NCBI RefSeq assembly: GCF_000372725.1
Contig: NW_005201144.1
Span: 1 to 64,000 of the forward strand
Direction: 5' to 3'
Length of the DNA: 64,000 bases
DNA from: Emiliania huxleyi CCMP1516
Lineage: Eukaryota
Shown: one piece after another, positions 35,156 to 48,875 of the stretch
Layout of the letters: every line of letters begins with the position of its first letter
How positions within the stretch are numbered: position 1 is the stretch's first letter
The notes under the pieces: generated by a model
The model's database searches: none
The model's input: the letters and a program-made list of their open reading frames with translations, nothing else
Told to the model about the DNA's origin: nothing
Program-made: the position numbers and the translations under genes

Positions 35156-37799
35156 ATGCGGCGCTCGAGCAGCTCGCGATCTGACTTGAACAGCCTCCCG
35201 GACACGCCCGAATCGCCCAAGAGGCTGCCAGAGGACCCTGAGCCGCCCAGCTCCGGCGTGGGAGTCCCGCCCGAGCAGCTTCATGGCGGCGACGGTGCTG
35301 TTGTGCACGAAGGAACGCAGCGAACGGGACGCGTGAGCACAGGCCGCTCGGGCAAGTCCAAGCGCGTGCTGCGCGCGGAGAGGCGGCTGCGCGCCGGAGC
35401 TGGGACGCCGCCCGACGGCGACCGGCTCGGCCGCGTCTCTCCCGGCGGCTTGTCGCCCGGCCGCCTCAGTGGCCGAGGGAGCCCCGTGTCGCCGATCGAG
35501 TCGGCGCTCGGCGAAGTCGGCAGGCTGTGGGGCGTCCTCCGCCAAGAGCTGGCACGCGAGACGCCGTACGTGCCGGGCCTCTCGATCCACACGCCGAAGC
35601 GGCGGTGGCAGCTGACCGCCGCTTCGCTCACCTTGCTCGGCGCCGCGAAGGCGGGCGACGCGCTGCGCATACGGCGGCTGCTCCGCAGGTCACACACACA
35701 CACGCACACACACACACACACCGCTCACCCACGCGCACTGGGCCTTGCACTTTGAATGCCGTGGGGCTCCTGTCGTTAGACGTGGAGACGCGAGGGTCGC
35801 CCCCCCCTTGCCCCACCACCTCGTGTGTGTGGAGAAGTTTACCTTACCTTACCTTACCTGCTCTGCAGGCACGGCGCGAAGCTGCCGACGGTCTTCGAGG
35901 TCGTCACCGAGGCGGTGGAGATGCAGCGGAGGCAGTCCTTCGCGCTGCGGCGGGGCGAGGCGTCGGTCGGCGGTGGAGGTGCGGTGACAGTGCCCCCGCG
36001 CGGCGCCATGAGCGAGCCGCTGGCACGTCGCGCCGTGCCGCCGCCGCCGCCGGCGGCAGGTGCGGCGGCAAGGGCGGCGGCAAGGGCGGCGGAAGGGGCG
36101 GCGGCAGGGGCGGCGGCAGGGGCGGCGGAAGGGGCGGCGGAAGGGGCGGCGGAGGAGGCTGCCGGCACTTCCGATCTTAGCACCGGGCTGAGCGCGCCGG
36201 CAGAGGCCGTGGTCATCTCTCCCGGCACCGCAGTCCCCCGGCCGCGCCCATATCTCCCCGGATCTCCCCAGATCTCGCCATGTGCCTCCCCACACACCTT
36301 GGGGCCAGATCTCGCCGTCCCTCCCGCAGGCTCGGAGCTTCTCCTCTCCTCCTCCTCTCCTCCTCCCCCCCTGCTCCCCCCTGCTCCCCCCTTGCCCCAC
36401 CGCCTCGCGTGTGTGTGGAGAAGTGCACCTTCCCTTCCCTCGCCTCAGGCCACGCCGAGATTGTCAGCTTGCTGCTCGAGGCGGGCGCGGAGCCGGACGC
36501 GCGGAGCCACGACGGCGTGAGTGGGGTCGTCCTCGCTGCCGAGCACGGGCATCTCGAGGTCATGGCGAGATCTGGCGAGACGGAGAGGCATGGCGCGATC
36601 GGGCGAGAGGGAGGACGATCGGCCGTAACTCCCGAGGCGAGGCACGAGAGTCGTCGGTTGAGCTAGGGAGCCTGGCGAGGGACGCCACCAGTCCTCGACA
36701 GACCTCTGGTACTCCACACTGTCCGTGCGCCGGGCGTCGCACTCTGACTTTGAATGTGCACTGGGGGGTGTTGCCTGCCTGCTCGACCTGCCTGTCTGGG
36801 AGTGGAGCCTTGCGAGAAGGCCCTTTGATCCCCCACCCCCTCGAGTGTGTGTGGAGGACGTTACCTCACCAGCCGAATCACCAGCCGAATCGCCACAGGT
36901 GGTGCGCCTCCTCGTCTCCGCCGGCGCGGAGGCGCTGTGCTGCTGCTCGGATGGCAACCTCGGGGAATCTCGGGGAATCTCGGGGAATCTCGGGGAATCT
37001 CGGGGAATAGGCGCTCTGCTGCTGCTCGGACGGCAGCACCGCGCTGCACCTCGCAAGCCGCGGCGGTCACCCGCAGGTCGTGTCGTATCTCCTCGGCGCG
37101 GGGTGCGCCGTCAACGCGACCGACCACGCGGGCCTCACGCCGCTGCTATGCGCGGCGGCGGCGCTGGAGACGGACGCGCACGTCGAGGTGATCCTGCGGC
37201 TGCTGCAGGAGGGCGCCGACCCCGACGCCAAGAGGCTCGACGACGACCTGTGCGCGCTGGAGCTGGTCGAGCTGGCGTCGCCCTTGACGCTGCTGCAGCA
37301 CCGCACCCCGTCCGGCGAGGCGGGCGGCGGTGCTGGGGTGGGCGGCGAGGCGGGCGGCAGCGAGAGCGGCGGTGGGGCGGGCGGTGAGGCGGGCGGCGGC
37401 GAGGAGGGCGGCGGTGGGGCGGGCGGCGGTGAGGAGGGCGGCGGTGGGGCGGGCGGCGGTGGGGCGGGCGGCGGTGGGGCGGGCGGCGGTGGGGCGGGCG
37501 GCGGCGCGGGCGGCAAAGAGCAGGGCGGCGAGGCGGGAGGTGGAGTCGGCGGCGGCGGCGGGCAGGCGATCGCGACGACGAGCGGCGATGCGGCGAGTGA
37601 AGCGGCACGTGAAGCGGCAGGTGAAGCGGCAAGCCGGAGGGTCAGGGCCGCGGCCAGCACTCGCCGGCAGCAGCGGGCGGCGAGGGTTGCGCTCGCGCTG
37701 GTCGCGGCGAGGAGCGCGCGCGCCGACCTCGGCGAGGGGCTGTGCAACTCCATCGCCCGCGCGCCCGTCGCGGCATTGGGGCATTGTTTGTTGAGCTGA
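35156..37799 (+). CDS. Multi-exon ankyrin-repeat protein
   Basis: Spliced GHAEIVSLLLEAGAEPD, DGSTALHLASRGGHPQVVSYLLGAG and GLTPLLCAA; 5' exon structure uncertain. Confidence 0.65.
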
Positions 37800-38911
37800 T
37801 CCATTGGGGCATTGTTTGTTGAGCTGATCGACGCCTGATAGTTTTGACACGCACGCATGTCATGGTGGAGGGAGGGTCAGGCGTGCCTTAGCTCTAAGCT
37901 ACATGCGTACAGCCGCGTGGATGCCCTCTCTGTCTACGTTATGGGCTGACGGTGACGCGTCACACAGACAATAACATGACGACACGTGTACGGCGCTAGG
38001 GAACCGCGTCGCCCCCGGAGCCGGTCGTCGACCCCCTTATCCTTTGGGTTTGGCCGCATTGGCGTTGGGTAAAGCGTAGCGTTTAAGATTAAGTGAGTGT
38101 GTGAGACGGTTGGTTAGAGCGCGAGGATTGATGTCGTTCGGGTGTGACGCGCTACCGGTACCGCTAGCCCCGCGAGCGTGGAGTGTACTGAAGTTCCTAC
38201 TTACTCATACTCACTAGGGGGTGGACAGCGCCCCAAAATCCACCACTGTGGGATTTCGCGCAATCGCTTGACTCTGTAGAGCTCGCCTATCCCTGCGGTG
38301 AGCGCTGTGGTCGCCGCAGACTGGCTCCGACTTGACGGGCGCATGGAGACACGTGATGCCTCCATGCGCCCATCGAGTCAAAATCGACATGCGAGGCGAC
38401 TTTGGCCCGCCAGAGGGATAGGCGGCGTTTTGCTTTTGGGCGACAACAGCGCTGTGACCGCGAAGTGGCGGTGGACATGCTCCCATGTTGCCGACGCGGC
38501 GCCGGAGTGGCCGGCACTGCTCGCCGTGACCACGACGGCTACTCTGATACTCCGGGCCGACCCGTCCTACCCGACGGTGGCACTCTTCCACGTCTCGCTC
38601 ACGCTGAGAAAAATTCTGAAACGGCGTGCAGCAGAGTCACCGACGAGTCGGTCCGCGTGCCTCCTCGTGTCCCGTAAAACTCACTTTGGCCTCACTGAGC
38701 AAGCCCTCAATCCTGTAGTTGTAAAGAATTTAAAGAAAAACAAATGGAAGCGATGGATTATCCAAACCCGGGCGCATCCGCCCAAAAACGTCCGCCGCTC
38801 GCGACTACGCCCCGCGGCCGATTCGTGTCCCCCCAGTGCTTTGCCGGCGGTGACGTGGGCGCTGGCGTGTAAAGTCAGCGGCAAGATACGTGTGCAGCCG
38901 CTGGTTGCGCC

Positions 38912-39700
38912 ATGCAAGTGCTCGCCGTAGCGCAGCTGAGTCCAACGCGGGCGACTCTGTCACCCAGCGATGTGACGCCAGTTACCCTCCCCGACGCCGT
39001 CGAGGGCACCGCGGACACGGACAGCGACGGCATCCCCGACGACCTCGACCCCGACTCGGACGGCGACGGCATCATGGACGCCGAGGAGGGCACCGTCGAC
39101 ACGGACGGCGACGGCATCCCCGACGCCAAGGAGTCCAACACCGCCGACGCCGATGGCGACAACATCCCAGACGCGATTGAGTCTGCGACGGCAGACGAAG
39201 ACAGCGACGGCGTGTCCAACGCGGCGGACACCGACTCGGACGGCGACGGCATCCCGGATGCCGTCGAGGGCACGGCGGACACGGACAGCGACGGCATCCC
39301 CGACGACCTCGACCCCGACTCGGACGGCGATGGCATCATGGACGCCGAGGAGGGCACCGTCGACACGGACGCGCATAGCGGAGGCATAACCTTTGCAGAG
39401 GACGACTCTGACAGCGACGGCATCCCCGACGCAACAGAGGGCACCGGCGACGCCGATGGCGACAACATCCCCGACGCGATGGAGTCCAATACCGCCGACA
39501 CCGACAGCGACGGCGTCCCCAACGCGGCGGACACCGACTCGGACGGCGACGGCATCCCCGACGCCGTCGAGGGCACGGCGGACACGGACAGCGACGGCAT
39601 CCCCGACGACCTCGACCCCGACTCGGACGGCGACGGCATCATGGACGCCGAGGAGGGCACCGTCGACACGGACGGCGACGCCATCCCCGACGCCATGGTG
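38912..39700 (+). CDS. Asp-rich DxDxDG (thrombospondin type-3-like) calcium-binding repeat protein or fragment
   Basis: Tandem DTDSDGIPDDLDPDSDGDGIMDAEEG units. Confidence 0.65.
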
Positions 39701-39804
39701 GGCTGGCGCGTGCGACTGGTGCACGCTCTGGGTGGCGCCGATTTCTGCCCCTCGCCCGTCCCCCGGTCTCCTCGCCCGCTCTCAGCTGAGCAGTCTCCCC
39801 TCAG

Positions 39805-40504
39805 TTAGACGCGGGCCTGCGGCAGAACAAGACGAGGAGGACGAGCACCACGGCTTTGCCTCCCCATCGGGGTTGCGGCAGAAATTGTGGCCGCCGAGCC
39901 CAGCCTTGGGGTAGTTGTACACGGTCTTGTCGTGCGTGTGTGGCCAGAGCCGAGACCAGTACTGACACGTGACCCCGTCCTCCGTTGTGCTGACCTCTCC
40001 CCGGTAGTCCGAGCCGTCGGAAAGGGTGTAACACTCACCTGTGAAGGAGCCGCAGCCGTCAAATGCAAGCCGAGGGGTGGGTGCAAATGGCGGTGGGCAC
40101 CGTAGCCGTGGAAGCAGTCGTTCTCGTCCCAGTCGCACTCTTCGTTGTTGCAGGTCTCATCGCACTCCCCGTCACCGACGTACGATGGGTCGCAACCTTG
40201 TGCGCAGTAGTTGCTCCAAAAGGACTGGAGTTCGTAATACCTGCGGCGTGGAGAGGGCCACTTCACAAAACGTGCGTGCGGGTGGATCGAGACCCTGCGT
40301 CACGCATCTCTGGCGCATCTAGACCGAGCACGATTCGTCGATGTAGCGCTCGAGCCCATCACTCCCATACGCTGCGTCATCGATGGCATAAGCCGGGGTA
40401 GCGCTCTCGGTCACGGCAGTGCTATCGTCGAGTGAGGCGTCGCCTGCAGCCACCCTGAGCACTCCGAGGAGTGCCAGCCATGGCAAGGTGCGGAGCCGTC
40501 GCAT
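39805..40504 (-). CDS. Secreted LNR (Notch) plus kringle domain protein, kringle truncated
   Basis: Signal peptide MRRLRTLPWLALLGVL; LNR CAQGC...GDGECDETCNNEECDWDENDC; kringle YRG...CQYW...HNFCRNPDGEAKPWC. Confidence 0.75.
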
Positions 40505-41464
40505 CGTGGGCAGCTCTGGGGAGGGCCCAGCAGCTCGCCAAGCCCGGCGCTCTTCTTCGAACAAACAAGTCGCAGAGAAGTTCTGGCGCGATTTACTTCG
40601 CTTACCTTGTATTCTTTTTTTGTAAAATTCTTTTTTAGGCCGGACCATGAGTGTTTGTCTTTCCTTTCTGAGCCTGCATTGTTCGGTATCGGTAGGTGGT
40701 AGGAGGCACAATTAGTTTCATATTCAACCTGCGCCCCGCAGGAGATCTCTCTCTTGCGGTGCGGTGGGGCGGGGCGGAGCGGAGCGGAGTGGGTCGGGTC
40801 GGGTCGGGTTGGGGCGGGGTTGCTCGGGTCGGGGTGGGGCCGGGTCGTGCGGTGGGGATGTTGGGGTGGGGTAGGGCGGGCGCCGGAGTGGGAGTCGTGT
40901 GACTGCTCCTGTGGTGAAGCCGTCGCCCCGCCTTGTCTGTCGCGGAATCGGGCTGTGCGGATTCTTTTGCCTGGGGTGGGGAGTGGGTGGGCGCCGGAGC
41001 GGGAGTGGTGTGACTGCTCCTGTGGTGCGGGCGACGGCTTCTTTCTGAGGAAGCTGTCGCCCGCGCCTCGCCTGCCTGTCGCGTGAATCGTGTCGTGCGA
41101 CCGCCTTTTGTTGTAAAATTCTTTTGCCTTGTGTTAGTGCCAGTGCGTGCCAGTCCCGTGCCCAATTTAGAGTTTTGTTGCAAAATTCTTTCCCAAGAAT
41201 TCTTCTTTTCCCTCCCGGGCCCCGGGCAGTTGGGGTCGTGAGTGGGGGTCCCCACTGCTGCCCCTCTGACTATACTTTTGTCTGTGGTGATGCCTTTCCC
41301 TGAGAACGCACACAACGCCTCGTGTGTAATGCCCTGTGTTCCGCGAGTGCGTGTGCCCCGTCGTCCATGCTAGGACGTGTGTAACACTGACTGACTGACT
41401 GACAGCCCCGGGCAGTTTCCTAGAGCTCTCTCCGCATCGCGGCAGCATCGTTGGAGAGTGCACG

Positions 41465-42370
41465 ATGAGCCTGCTACTCGCCGCCTCCGCCAGCGCCGCA
41501 GCATTCCTCGTTCCTCACGCCACGCACCCGCTCGCCCTTGCCGGCCGCTCGCGGCGGGCAGCAGACGCTGTGAGTACAATAGCAGTCTTTGGTGCGTCGG
41601 GTCGCACTGGCAGCGAGGTGGTGCTTCAGGCGCTGGAGCGCGGCGAGGAGGTCAGCTGCCTAGTCCGCGATCGAATCCGGTTGACGGCGCCACGAGACCA
41701 TGCCGAGATGGACCTCCGCAAGGGGTCGATGCACAATTTCAGCCCCTATATGAACGACAAGATGGTAAGGACGGAGGGTTCGGTGCTCAACCGCGCGGAT
41801 GTGGATGACGTCTTCGATGGCAACAATATCACGGGCGTGGTCGTCGCGCTCGGTGGCAAGACACGGGAGGTCGGGCCGACGCTGCTTTTCGATGGCACGA
41901 CCCACATAATTGCGGCGTGCAAAGCGCACGGCGTCAAGCGCATCTGCGTTGTTTCGACTGTTGGGGCGGGCGACTCCATGGACCAGGCGCCATGGACCTT
42001 CAAGCTCCTGATGAAGACGATGATGCAGAAAATCATGGACGACAAGAATGCGCAGGAGGGCCTCTTCTTGGACGGGCCCGGCGCCGACCTTGAGTTCTGT
42101 ATCGTGCGCCCCGGCGGCCTCAAGCAGGGCGCTCCGACCGGCATCGTGAACGTGATCGATGGCGAGGCAGGTGCCATCAACCGTGCCGACCTGGCGGCGT
42201 TCTGCTTGGATGCGGTCCTCGATCCCGACTTCGCGCATCTCCAGCAAGCAGTCTGCATCTCGAGCGATATGGGCAGCGGCTTCAAAAGCCTGATGTCTGA
42301 CAAGACGATGTCACGCATGGGCTCGGAGCTGGCGCGCCCACTTGAGGACGCAAACCCGTTTGGGTTTTAG
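41465..42370 (+). CDS. Atypical SDR / NAD(P)-binding flavin reductase (BVR-B-like), probably plastid-targeted
   Basis: IAVFGASGRTG Rossmann motif, IVRPGGL, INRADLAAF; presequence MSLLLAASASAAAF. Confidence 0.85.
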   Translation: MSLLLAASASAAAFLVPHATHPLALAGRSRRAADAVSTIAVFGASGRTGSEVVLQALERGEEVSCLVRDRIRLTAPRDHAEMDLRKGSMHNFSPYMNDKMVRTEGSVLNRADVDDVFDGNNITGVVVALGGKTREVGPTLLFDGTTHIIAACKAHGVKRICVVSTVGAGDSMDQAPWTFKLLMKTMMQKIMDDKNAQEGLFLDGPGADLEFCIVRPGGLKQGAPTGIVNVIDGEAGAINRADLAAFCLDAVLDPDFAHLQQAVCISSDMGSGFKSLMSDKTMSRMGSELARPLEDANPFGF

Positions 42371-45330
42371 TGCTGGCGTCGATCGATGGCCGCGGCCGTG
42401 GGCGAAGCGAGTGGCTTCTAGTTTAGTGTCTCGCGTGCGCGCACGCCCATGTCGCATGTGGATGTGCCATGACCGCGCCGCTCGCGACGCGTCACGCGAG
42501 GTAAGCAATATTACTTCCATATTGTACTGTTCGGTAGCCCAGGCATGGTGTTTGTGTACGCTCAGGACTGCTGGTTGGGGCGCACATTAGGTGGGACACA
42601 CGGTCACGAGCTCTCTGCCTCAAGACACTAGATCTGTCTCCCGTTTCTGTCGAGACTCTCGCTGATCCGTCACCTCACGGCGCCGCCCCCCCTCGCCTGC
42701 TCGTCCGCCCGCAAAACCTCAGCGGTGAGCCTCTCCTCCACTCGCCGTCGGATGAACTGCTCCTGCCGCGTGCCGCCGCTCGCGTCGCCGGGCGGGCCGG
42801 CCGCGTCCAAATTAGCCTGCGGAAGAGGGGGGAGGGGCTGAGGAGAGGTGGTGTGCGGGGCGGAGCGGCGCTAGTCTGCGGGGGGGCGGCGCCTGGGAGA
42901 GTGGCTAGGGCTTACGGCTAGCAAGGCGTCTCGGCCTGCGAGTCTGCCGCCAGTATGCAGAGCGACACGGCGACAGAGATGACCCACAGCCGCGTCCACT
43001 CCCGGCTAAGCACCTCGATGTCGCCGGCGATGTCACGGCCGCGCCTCTCGAACCACAGCCCGCGCGGCTTGGAGGCGGGCGCCGCGAGGCGCTCCGCGGC
43101 GCGGCCCTTTGGGAGACGGAGAGCCTCCTCGTCCTGAAGAGTGAACCGTATGGCTGACTGAACTAGTCGACTATGGTTGTCTGCCCACTGTCTCTCGCAC
43201 TGTCCGTGTGCGTGCGATCCGGGCCCTGGATATGGTGAAATGAGACGCGTGGCGGCGGCTGGAGTGGTGTGCAGCGATCCGTACTCCGCATCTACGCTCC
43301 TCGTCCTCTGTCTGCCCGTCCCAGTCATACGGGCGGGCCTCCTCCTCCTCCAGCAGACCGCTCGCCTCCAGAGGCTCATGCGGGCGGTCGTACCGTGAGT
43401 TGGCGTGCTCGCCGGGCATCACGAAGAGGTCCCAGCTTGCATCCGACAGCGCGTCTGACAGCGCCTCCCAACTGGGCAAAGGCCCCGAGGCTGGCTCGCG
43501 ATCGCTGCCATCCATGACACTGCAGAGCCGCCTGCGGCCGCTCGTGGCAGGCACGGACAGCGGCGACGGCGCTGTTGCGCGGAGACCAAAGTAAAACAGC
43601 ATTCTACGCTCCTCGTATCGGCTAGCGGAACCAGCCCTTGCCGCGAATCGGGCGTGCATTTCGAATTCCACTTCGCCTCAGGCATCGCTGTGAATGAGCA
43701 TTCAGCAGGCCAGGCCACGGGTGCCGGCGGCACTGGCGGTGCTCTCGCTCCCTTCCTCGCCGCCACGCCGACTGGCGGCTCGTCGCGGGCGGCCAGGTGA
43801 TCGGCTAAAGCGCAGACGTCGGGCTTGGCCTCCGTCGCCGCTCAGATGGACGGCTGTTGGTGGTGCGGGACCACGACCTGGTCTCGCAAGGGCGGTGAGG
43901 CGGCCAACGGGCTGCCCGCCGTGGCTCTAGAGCGAGGAGAAGCGCTCGGTCCGGCGTCTCCGGCGTCGACGCGCATCCATAAGGACTGCGCGGCGGCGGT
44001 ACGCAAGAAAGCTTCTGCGCTCGCTGCTGAGGAGCATGCTGCTCCGCCGGCAAGAAGCACGCGCTCCGCTGTCGAGACTGCGCGTCCCGACGGCAAGCGC
44101 CCCGCTGTCGGCGGCTGGGCGACGGTGTCGAGGCCGGGCGCTAATTTAGGCTTGCCGCCGCCCGGCAAGGCGCAGCGGACCGACGCACTCGATCGGATGG
44201 AGGAGGACCCGTCGCCGCCGCCTCGTCCGCCGCCGCCTCCCGCTCCCGCAGGAGAGTTCATTTTGTAAACGGCGTGCATTTTTCAACATGTGGCTGGGTC
44301 GACCGCGCCCACAGCTACGCCGCGAGCGCGATGTGCAAACCTCTCTCAGGTAAACTCTGCCGTCCCTTCGACCATCCACTCCCCGTGCTCCCGCGACCGC
44401 GCCCGCCCGCGGGCCCCCGCGGCCCGGCCGCCGCCGCGCCTCCGGGGCGATGACGACGGGCCCTCGCCGCCACGGCGCCGCCAGCGGCCATCGGCGGACC
44501 CCCGGCTGCCCGAGTGCCATGGCTGCGGCTCTTCTCTCCGCCGGCGTAAAGCTCGGGCCTTGAGAGATGGTGATCCGGCCAGCCGCTTGCGCCTCCGGGA
44601 CGACAACGGGGGCTTCGCCGGCAAGGCGCCGCCAGTGGGGAAGACCCCCCCCCCCCTCCCCTCCCCCCCAGACTACCCCAAGTGTGCCATGGCTTCAACA
44701 ACTAGAAGCGACTGGCTTCTTGACCACCCGGCCAGCCGTCATTTGCACCTCCGGCGGAAGATTTTGGGGGCTTCGCCGGCAAGGCGCCGCAGCGGGCATT
44801 GGCGCACTCTTTCCTGGTGATTGCCATCGCTTCACCTCATCGGCCGGCGAGAATCAAAGCACGAGCCGTGCTACCAGCGGAGCACGACATGGAGAAGGCA
44901 TCGCGGCTTTGCACGCCCCCGACATTCCCCCGACAGCAGCGCCTTACGGCGAGTATACGGCGTGGGCTGCGAGGTTACTCGGGGTGACCCAGGGGGCGGC
45001 GGGGGAGCACTCTCCCGCCGGAGTAGCAGGCGGTCTTCCCGCTACTCGCTCCTATTTGAGGTGCCTCCATGCCCGGCCCACCACCTTCCCGGCAGCTCCA
45101 CCCGCTCGGTGACGTCCTCATCTTCTCCCCCCTTGCCCCGCCCCCCTTCAGGCAAGGCCCTGGCCACCAAAATCGCGCTCTGCGCTCCGGGAACGGGCAG
45201 TTGCGCGACGCCATTCGAGAGCGAGCGGCGGCGGCGGCTAGCACCAACCATGTCAGTGCAGGGGCTGGCTGCGTGGGCCCCCGCCACCGGACTCCGTCGG
45301 GCTCGCGTCTCCCTGCCCGCTGAGGGGAGC

Positions 45331-45361
<31 letters not shown>

Positions 45362-46125
45362 CGCCGTCGCAACTGCCATGTCGGCAGGTTGAAGGCTGGT
45401 GCTCTCGCCCCGCTGGCGGCGCGGACCGGTGCCGCGGTTCCGAGCCCTCCTGTGGTCTTCCGCGGGGGGAGCTTCGTCGACGGGTGCGGGATCGCGGCGC
45501 AGTCAGTGCCGTGGCGATGCCTCCGGCTGTTTGCGGCGGGCGGCTTGCTGCTCGCGGCGATGGCGAAAAACTCGTCTCGTCGCACACCAAGGGCTTATGC
45601 TCTGGCGAGATGTGAGGCGCATGCGCCCAGGAGGGCGCATGCGTAACGACGCTGCTAGAGATGCGTTTCGGGGCCCAGAGATAAAACTTCTGATGCCATG
45701 CATGACCTAGTAGTGTCCCCAGCTATGGGCGTGTCCACGTTGGAGCCAGGTGTGGTGTGGGCGCGAGAATAGCTCCGCCGTTCATGGAGGCAACCGATAG
45801 CGATACGAGTCGACTGGTGTGTGTCGTCGTGGTTTCGTATCAAGAATACTCACTCACACTGAGGGGAGCGCAGTGTGTGTGTCTATGTCTGTGTCCATGC
45901 AGCGTGCTCGCAGTGCCGCTCGCAACGTCAGGGGTCGTCCGAGGATTCCTCTAGGACCCCTGCACGAAGAACATTTTTTTTCTTTTGGTGTGCCGGTGAT
46001 AGTACTAGCACGCGCCAGTTCGCACCTGTGTCGAGCCTGTCTGCTGTGAGAGAGAGTTGTTTTGTTTAAATTCTTTTTCTGGACGCTGCCACCGCCCAAC
46101 CAGACACCACCGCGGCACTGCCTTG

Positions 46126-47233
<1,108 letters not shown>

Positions 47234-47468
47234 CGGTGGGGCACGCGCGTGCGAACTCTGAGTTGCTAGCTCTCCCTCCGGGACCCGGCTACGTTTCATC
47301 TCACGCCACACAGAGAGAGCTATTCTGCGCGTGAGATCTGACTACTGAGTCCGCGCGCGGCACTCGCGCTGGACACGCTGCGTCGTGCGTGCCGTGTGCG
47401 CCGTAGTAGATTACAATTTAGAGTTACAATGCACACACGCGCGTCTCTGCGTCTCTCTATTGAACTAT

Positions 47469-48110
47469 TCAATCACAGGTGTACCACACCTCAGATGCGC
47501 CTGCACCTCCGCCCCAGCCGCCCCAGCCGTCGCAGCTGCTGATGCTGGCGCGCACACGGTGAACAAACACGGCCTGTGGGCCCTCGCGCGCGTATCTGGC
47601 CGCAAGTGTGCTGAGGGCGCGCCGGAAGTCGTCGCGCGACGCAAAGTTGCGCACAGAGAGCAACGTGTCGCGGCGTGACAGCGCGTTGTCGACGTACTGC
47701 TGGTACAGCTGCGTCAGCCGCACGTCCCCACTCTCGCTCAGGAGGAGAGCAAATAGCTCCGGAAGCATGCTGTCGTTCCAAACAAAGGCGGCGGCTCCGG
47801 CGGGTCGCCAGTTCGCCGCGCAGCCTACGTCGCGGCAGCCAACCGTCCCCATCGCCAAAGACGCCTGAGGCCCCTCGACAGATATGCGTCGGTAAGCCTC
47901 TGTCACTGATTTGAACTGCCGCTCGGCCTCCTCCGGGCTGCTCCGGTTGTGGTCTGGATGCGTCTTGAGCGCCATTCTGCGGTACGCCTCTTTGATCTGG
48001 AAGCTGGTGGCTCCTCGCTCGACACGGAGGATGGCATATGGGTCTGCGGCCGAGGAGAGGGACCGGCACCGTCGAGGGCGAATGCGAAGGGCAGCAGGGG
48101 CGCGGAGCAT
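47469..48110 (-). CDS. DnaJ (J-domain) protein
   Basis: DPYAILRV...IKEAYRRMALKTHPD...AERQFKSVTEAY. Confidence 0.85.
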   Translation of the reverse strand: MLRAPAALRIRPRRCRSLSSAADPYAILRVERGATSFQIKEAYRRMALKTHPDHNRSSPEEAERQFKSVTEAYRRISVEGPQASLAMGTVGCRDVGCAANWRPAGAAAFVWNDSMLPELFALLLSESGDVRLTQLYQQYVDNALSRRDTLLSVRNFASRDDFRRALSTLAARYAREGPQAVFVHRVRASISSCDGWGGWGGGAGASEVWYTCD

Positions 48111-48410
48111 CGAACACAATGTAGCAGTAGGAGTAGGAGCAGGAGCGTGGCAGAGGGACAGCAGTAGACAGGGTCGGCCGGGTGGTGTGGAGCGTCTGGC
48201 GGGACACCCCTTGAGCACTGGCGGATAAATAAAGAAATGAATGATTAAGCCTCTCTACTGTGAGGTGGGTAAAAAAGAACAGGTCCCCGCCCTTGCGATC
48301 TTTGTGCAGGGTTCTTTGTGGGGTCGATTCCGCATCGGGACCCCCTCGATCGTCTCGCCCTCCCTCACTGGACACCCCTTCGGAACGCGCATTTTTTTCT
48401 GCTTTCCCTC

Positions 48411-48448
48411 CACACACACACACACACTCACACACACACTCACTCACA

Positions 48449-48500
<52 letters not shown>
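48411..48500. repeat. (CA)n microsatellite
   Basis: About 90 bp of CA repeats, with a few CT interruptions. Confidence 0.95.
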
Positions 48501-48501
<1 letters not shown>

Positions 48502-48875
48502 CGTTTTTGAGCGGGGCGCAACGAAGAAACACATCATCAGGACATAAATCAGACAACGCCACCCAATTCACACAACTCGGTCGCCTCTCTCGCGCCGCTA
48601 ACTCCACCCGCCTCCCGCGTCACTCGCACGGGCACGGCTGGCGGAGTGGATGCCGGCGCCGCCGCCGCGGGTCAGCATCTTCGGCTTCGCGTGGATGGAG
48701 GTGCACTTTGGGATGTGCCGCTCCGCCGCCATCGCATTGATAGACAGTTGTGTGTGTACGTGACGGGTGGTGTCGTAGTGTCCGTGTGTCCACGACTAGC
48801 TCCGAGTAGAGGGGGCGTTCTGCAGTTAAGGGGAAACCCGGTACACGGAGCCCTCTCGGAGACCCGTGTTTAAAA

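Noticed and set aside
42918..45600. Several ORFs in 42.9-45.6 kb (also 26.2-27.4 kb and 9952-10569)
   Set aside because: No recognisable motifs; cannot be supported beyond a possible small or degenerate gene
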